In this document: in pieces, positions 36,604 to 37,514 of the stretch
Layout: each line of letters begins with the position of its first letter
Position numbering within the stretch: position 1 is the first letter of the stretch
From: Clostridia bacterium
GTDB lineage: Bacteria > Bacillota > Clostridia > UBA1381
Direction: 5' to 3'
Length of the DNA stretch: 37,514 bases
Assembly (NCBI GenBank): GCA_045648825.1
Contig: JAZROS010000132.1
Coordinates: 1-37,514 of the forward strand
Made by a program: the position numbers and the translations under genes
The notes under the pieces: model-generated
What the model saw: the letters and a program-made list of their open reading frames with translations, nothing else
What the model was told of the DNA's origin: nothing
Database searches by the model: none

Positions 36604-37053
36604 TTATGCTACACGGTCGAAAATGATATTAGCATTTGCAATATCAATAGCCGTACCGTCACTTGTATTCTCCACAGAAACTGTTACACAGCAACCGCAG
36701 GGAATTGTTATAAATGTTGTTAATGAAACATTAAAGAAATTTGCCAATGTTGCAGGAACGCCCACCGCCGCAGGAGTAACAACTGCAACCGCATTTGCAA
36801 GAGTTTCTCCATCTTCTTGTAATGCTACGGAAATCGGTCCAACTGTGCCACCTTCTGCAACTGCAATATTAGCATCAAATGTTACACGATAAATAGATTT
36901 GCAACCATTTGTAGCACCTTTTAAGCGGAACACACCCGAACCGCTTCTGTGTGTAATATATCCCTTGTTACAAGCTCTATCGCCGTCAAGGAATACAATA
37001 TTTTCATCCTCTGCAACTGTCTGCACGAGGGGATAACTATATTCTGCTGCCAT
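36604..37053 (-). CDS. Beta-rich protein resembling a BclA C-terminal / C1q-TNF-like jelly roll (149 aa)
   Basis: It has an alternating beta-strand pattern, AEGGTVGPISVALQEDGETLANA..., a PCGCCVTVSVEN motif, and the C-terminal ANANIIFDRVA (compare BclA ...ASIIIEKVA). The ATG at 37053 lies 7 nt after GAAAGGAAG. The similarity is from memory only. Confidence 0.55.
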   Translation of the reverse strand: MAAEYSYPLVQTVAEDENIVFLDGDRACNKGYITHRSGSGVFRLKGATNGCKSIYRVTFDANIAVAEGGTVGPISVALQEDGETLANAVAVVTPAAVGVPATLANFFNVSLTTFITIPCGCCVTVSVENTSDGTAIDIANANIIFDRVA

Positions 37054-37078
37054 AAAAATACTTCCTTTCAAATAAAAT

Positions 37079-37111
37079 AAGGCGATAAGGTTATGACTAC
37101 CCTACCGCCTT
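37079..37111 (-). terminator. Imperfect hairpin plus U-rich tract after the junction-spanning gene
   Basis: AAGGCG...CGCCTT outer stem with an inner GGT/ACC stem. On the minus strand it is followed by ATTTTATTT. Confidence 0.4.
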
Positions 37112-37172
37112 TTAACATTATCGGTCAAATACCGAACATTCCGACTTAACGGAAAGTAGTCTAATTATTCAA

Positions 37173-37514
37173 TTAGAATGAGCCACAACCACATCCATTA
37201 GAAGCATAGTTTACAGTTCCGCAACAATTTGTCGGGAAAGTAACCTGCTGAGGGGGCTGTACGATGTATGCAGGTTCAGGACATTTTTCGCCAAGTCTTG
37301 AAATAAGGTACTCGTTCTGCTTTGCCTGTGAAGCCGCAAGTCTAAGAGCCTGATTGTCTGCTGTAAGAGTTGCAATTTTATCCTGTGTAAGATAGTCAAC
37401 AATTCTGTCGCCAAGCTTATCAATTGCTGTAAGTGTGTTGCAATTGTATGTCTGCATATCGAATCTGTTCTGAAGGTTCATCTTTTCGAGGTCACAGCAA
37501 CAATCGGAAATCTG
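37173..37514 (-). CDS. C-terminal part of the junction-spanning Gly/Cys-rich membrane protein gene (see 1..606)
   Basis: Track ORF 37173..37481 stays open in frame to the window end. Because 37374-37514 = 1-141, it joins the open frame at 1..606. The protein ends ...PTNCCGTVNYASNGCGCGSF. Confidence 0.7.
   Translation of the reverse strand, partial: QISDCCCDLEKMNLQNRFDMQTYNCNTLTAIDKLGDRIVDYLTQDKIATLTADNQALRLAASQAKQNEYLISRLGEKCPEPAYIVQPPQQVTFPTNCCGTVNYASNGCGCGSF
37374..37514. repeat. Terminal direct repeat, copy 2 (identical to 1-141)
   Basis: Read by eye; see copy 1. Confidence 0.95.

Noticed and set aside
1-37514. Search by eye for CRISPR arrays, tRNA/tmRNA genes, reverse transcriptase/DGR template-variable repeats, transposases and homing endonucleases or introns.
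   Set aside because: No regularly spaced direct repeats of 24 nt or longer were seen. There are no GTTCGAATC-type T-arm motifs in a cloverleaf context and no YxDD RT motif in any frame. No gene appears interrupted apart from the two frame breaks reported. The short repeats found (14-nt junctions, iterons) have other explanations.

Overview
The window is a complete dsDNA tailed-phage genome. Bases 1-141 are identical to 37374-37514, so the unique length is 37,373 bp, either circularly closed or terminally redundant. Every convincing gene is on the minus strand, usually with an AGGAG/GAGGTG-type SD and ATGA/TAATG coupling. This points to a siphovirus-like phage of a low-GC Gram-positive (Clostridia/Bacilli-like) host.

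Gene order, read from high to low coordinates:
- Early arm (35.7-28.1 kb): consensus promoter, XRE HTH, zinc-ribbon protein, 3D-domain protein, RecE-like PD-(D/E)XK exonuclease, SSAP recombinase, SSB, ERCC4-type nuclease, divergent ThyX-like protein, CHC2 primase zinc finger, VapE-type primase/helicase, and an iteron-rich putative origin.
- Late gate (27.9-27.6 kb): a perfect promoter, a ~300-nt structured non-coding leader and a terminator.
- Late arm: PAPS-reductase-like paralogue 2, terS, terL and portal. Then a 4-kb island with a DNA methyltransferase, an RHH protein, a Lar-like protein and many Cys-rich mini-proteins. Then minor capsid protein, a second cassette (PAPS-reductase-like paralogue 1, RHH, zinc ribbon), scaffold, major capsid, connector proteins, major tail protein, chaperones, a 909-aa tape measure with six two-TM repeats, tail tip and fibre genes, an amidase endolysin with holin/XhlA-like proteins, and a sigma-r4-type HTH.
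- Post-lysis accessory arm, crossing the window junction: a papain-like mini-protein, a Q/P-rich protein, a 268-aa Gly/Cys-rich membrane protein missing from the ORF track, a jelly-roll-like protein and an RGG-rich disordered protein.

No integrase, repressor, tRNA, CRISPR array or reverse transcriptase was seen.

The leads most worth a second look are:
- the duplicated PP-loop/4-Cys enzymes together with the methyltransferase and ThyX-like gene, as a possible DNA-modification or anti-restriction system;
- the promoter-leader-terminator gate upstream of the packaging genes;
- the unusual low-complexity, Cys-rich accessory arm;
- seven consensus SigA-type promoters paired with terminators;
- two apparent -1 frame breaks at U-runs.

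All functional calls come from motifs read by eye and from gene order. No database search was run.
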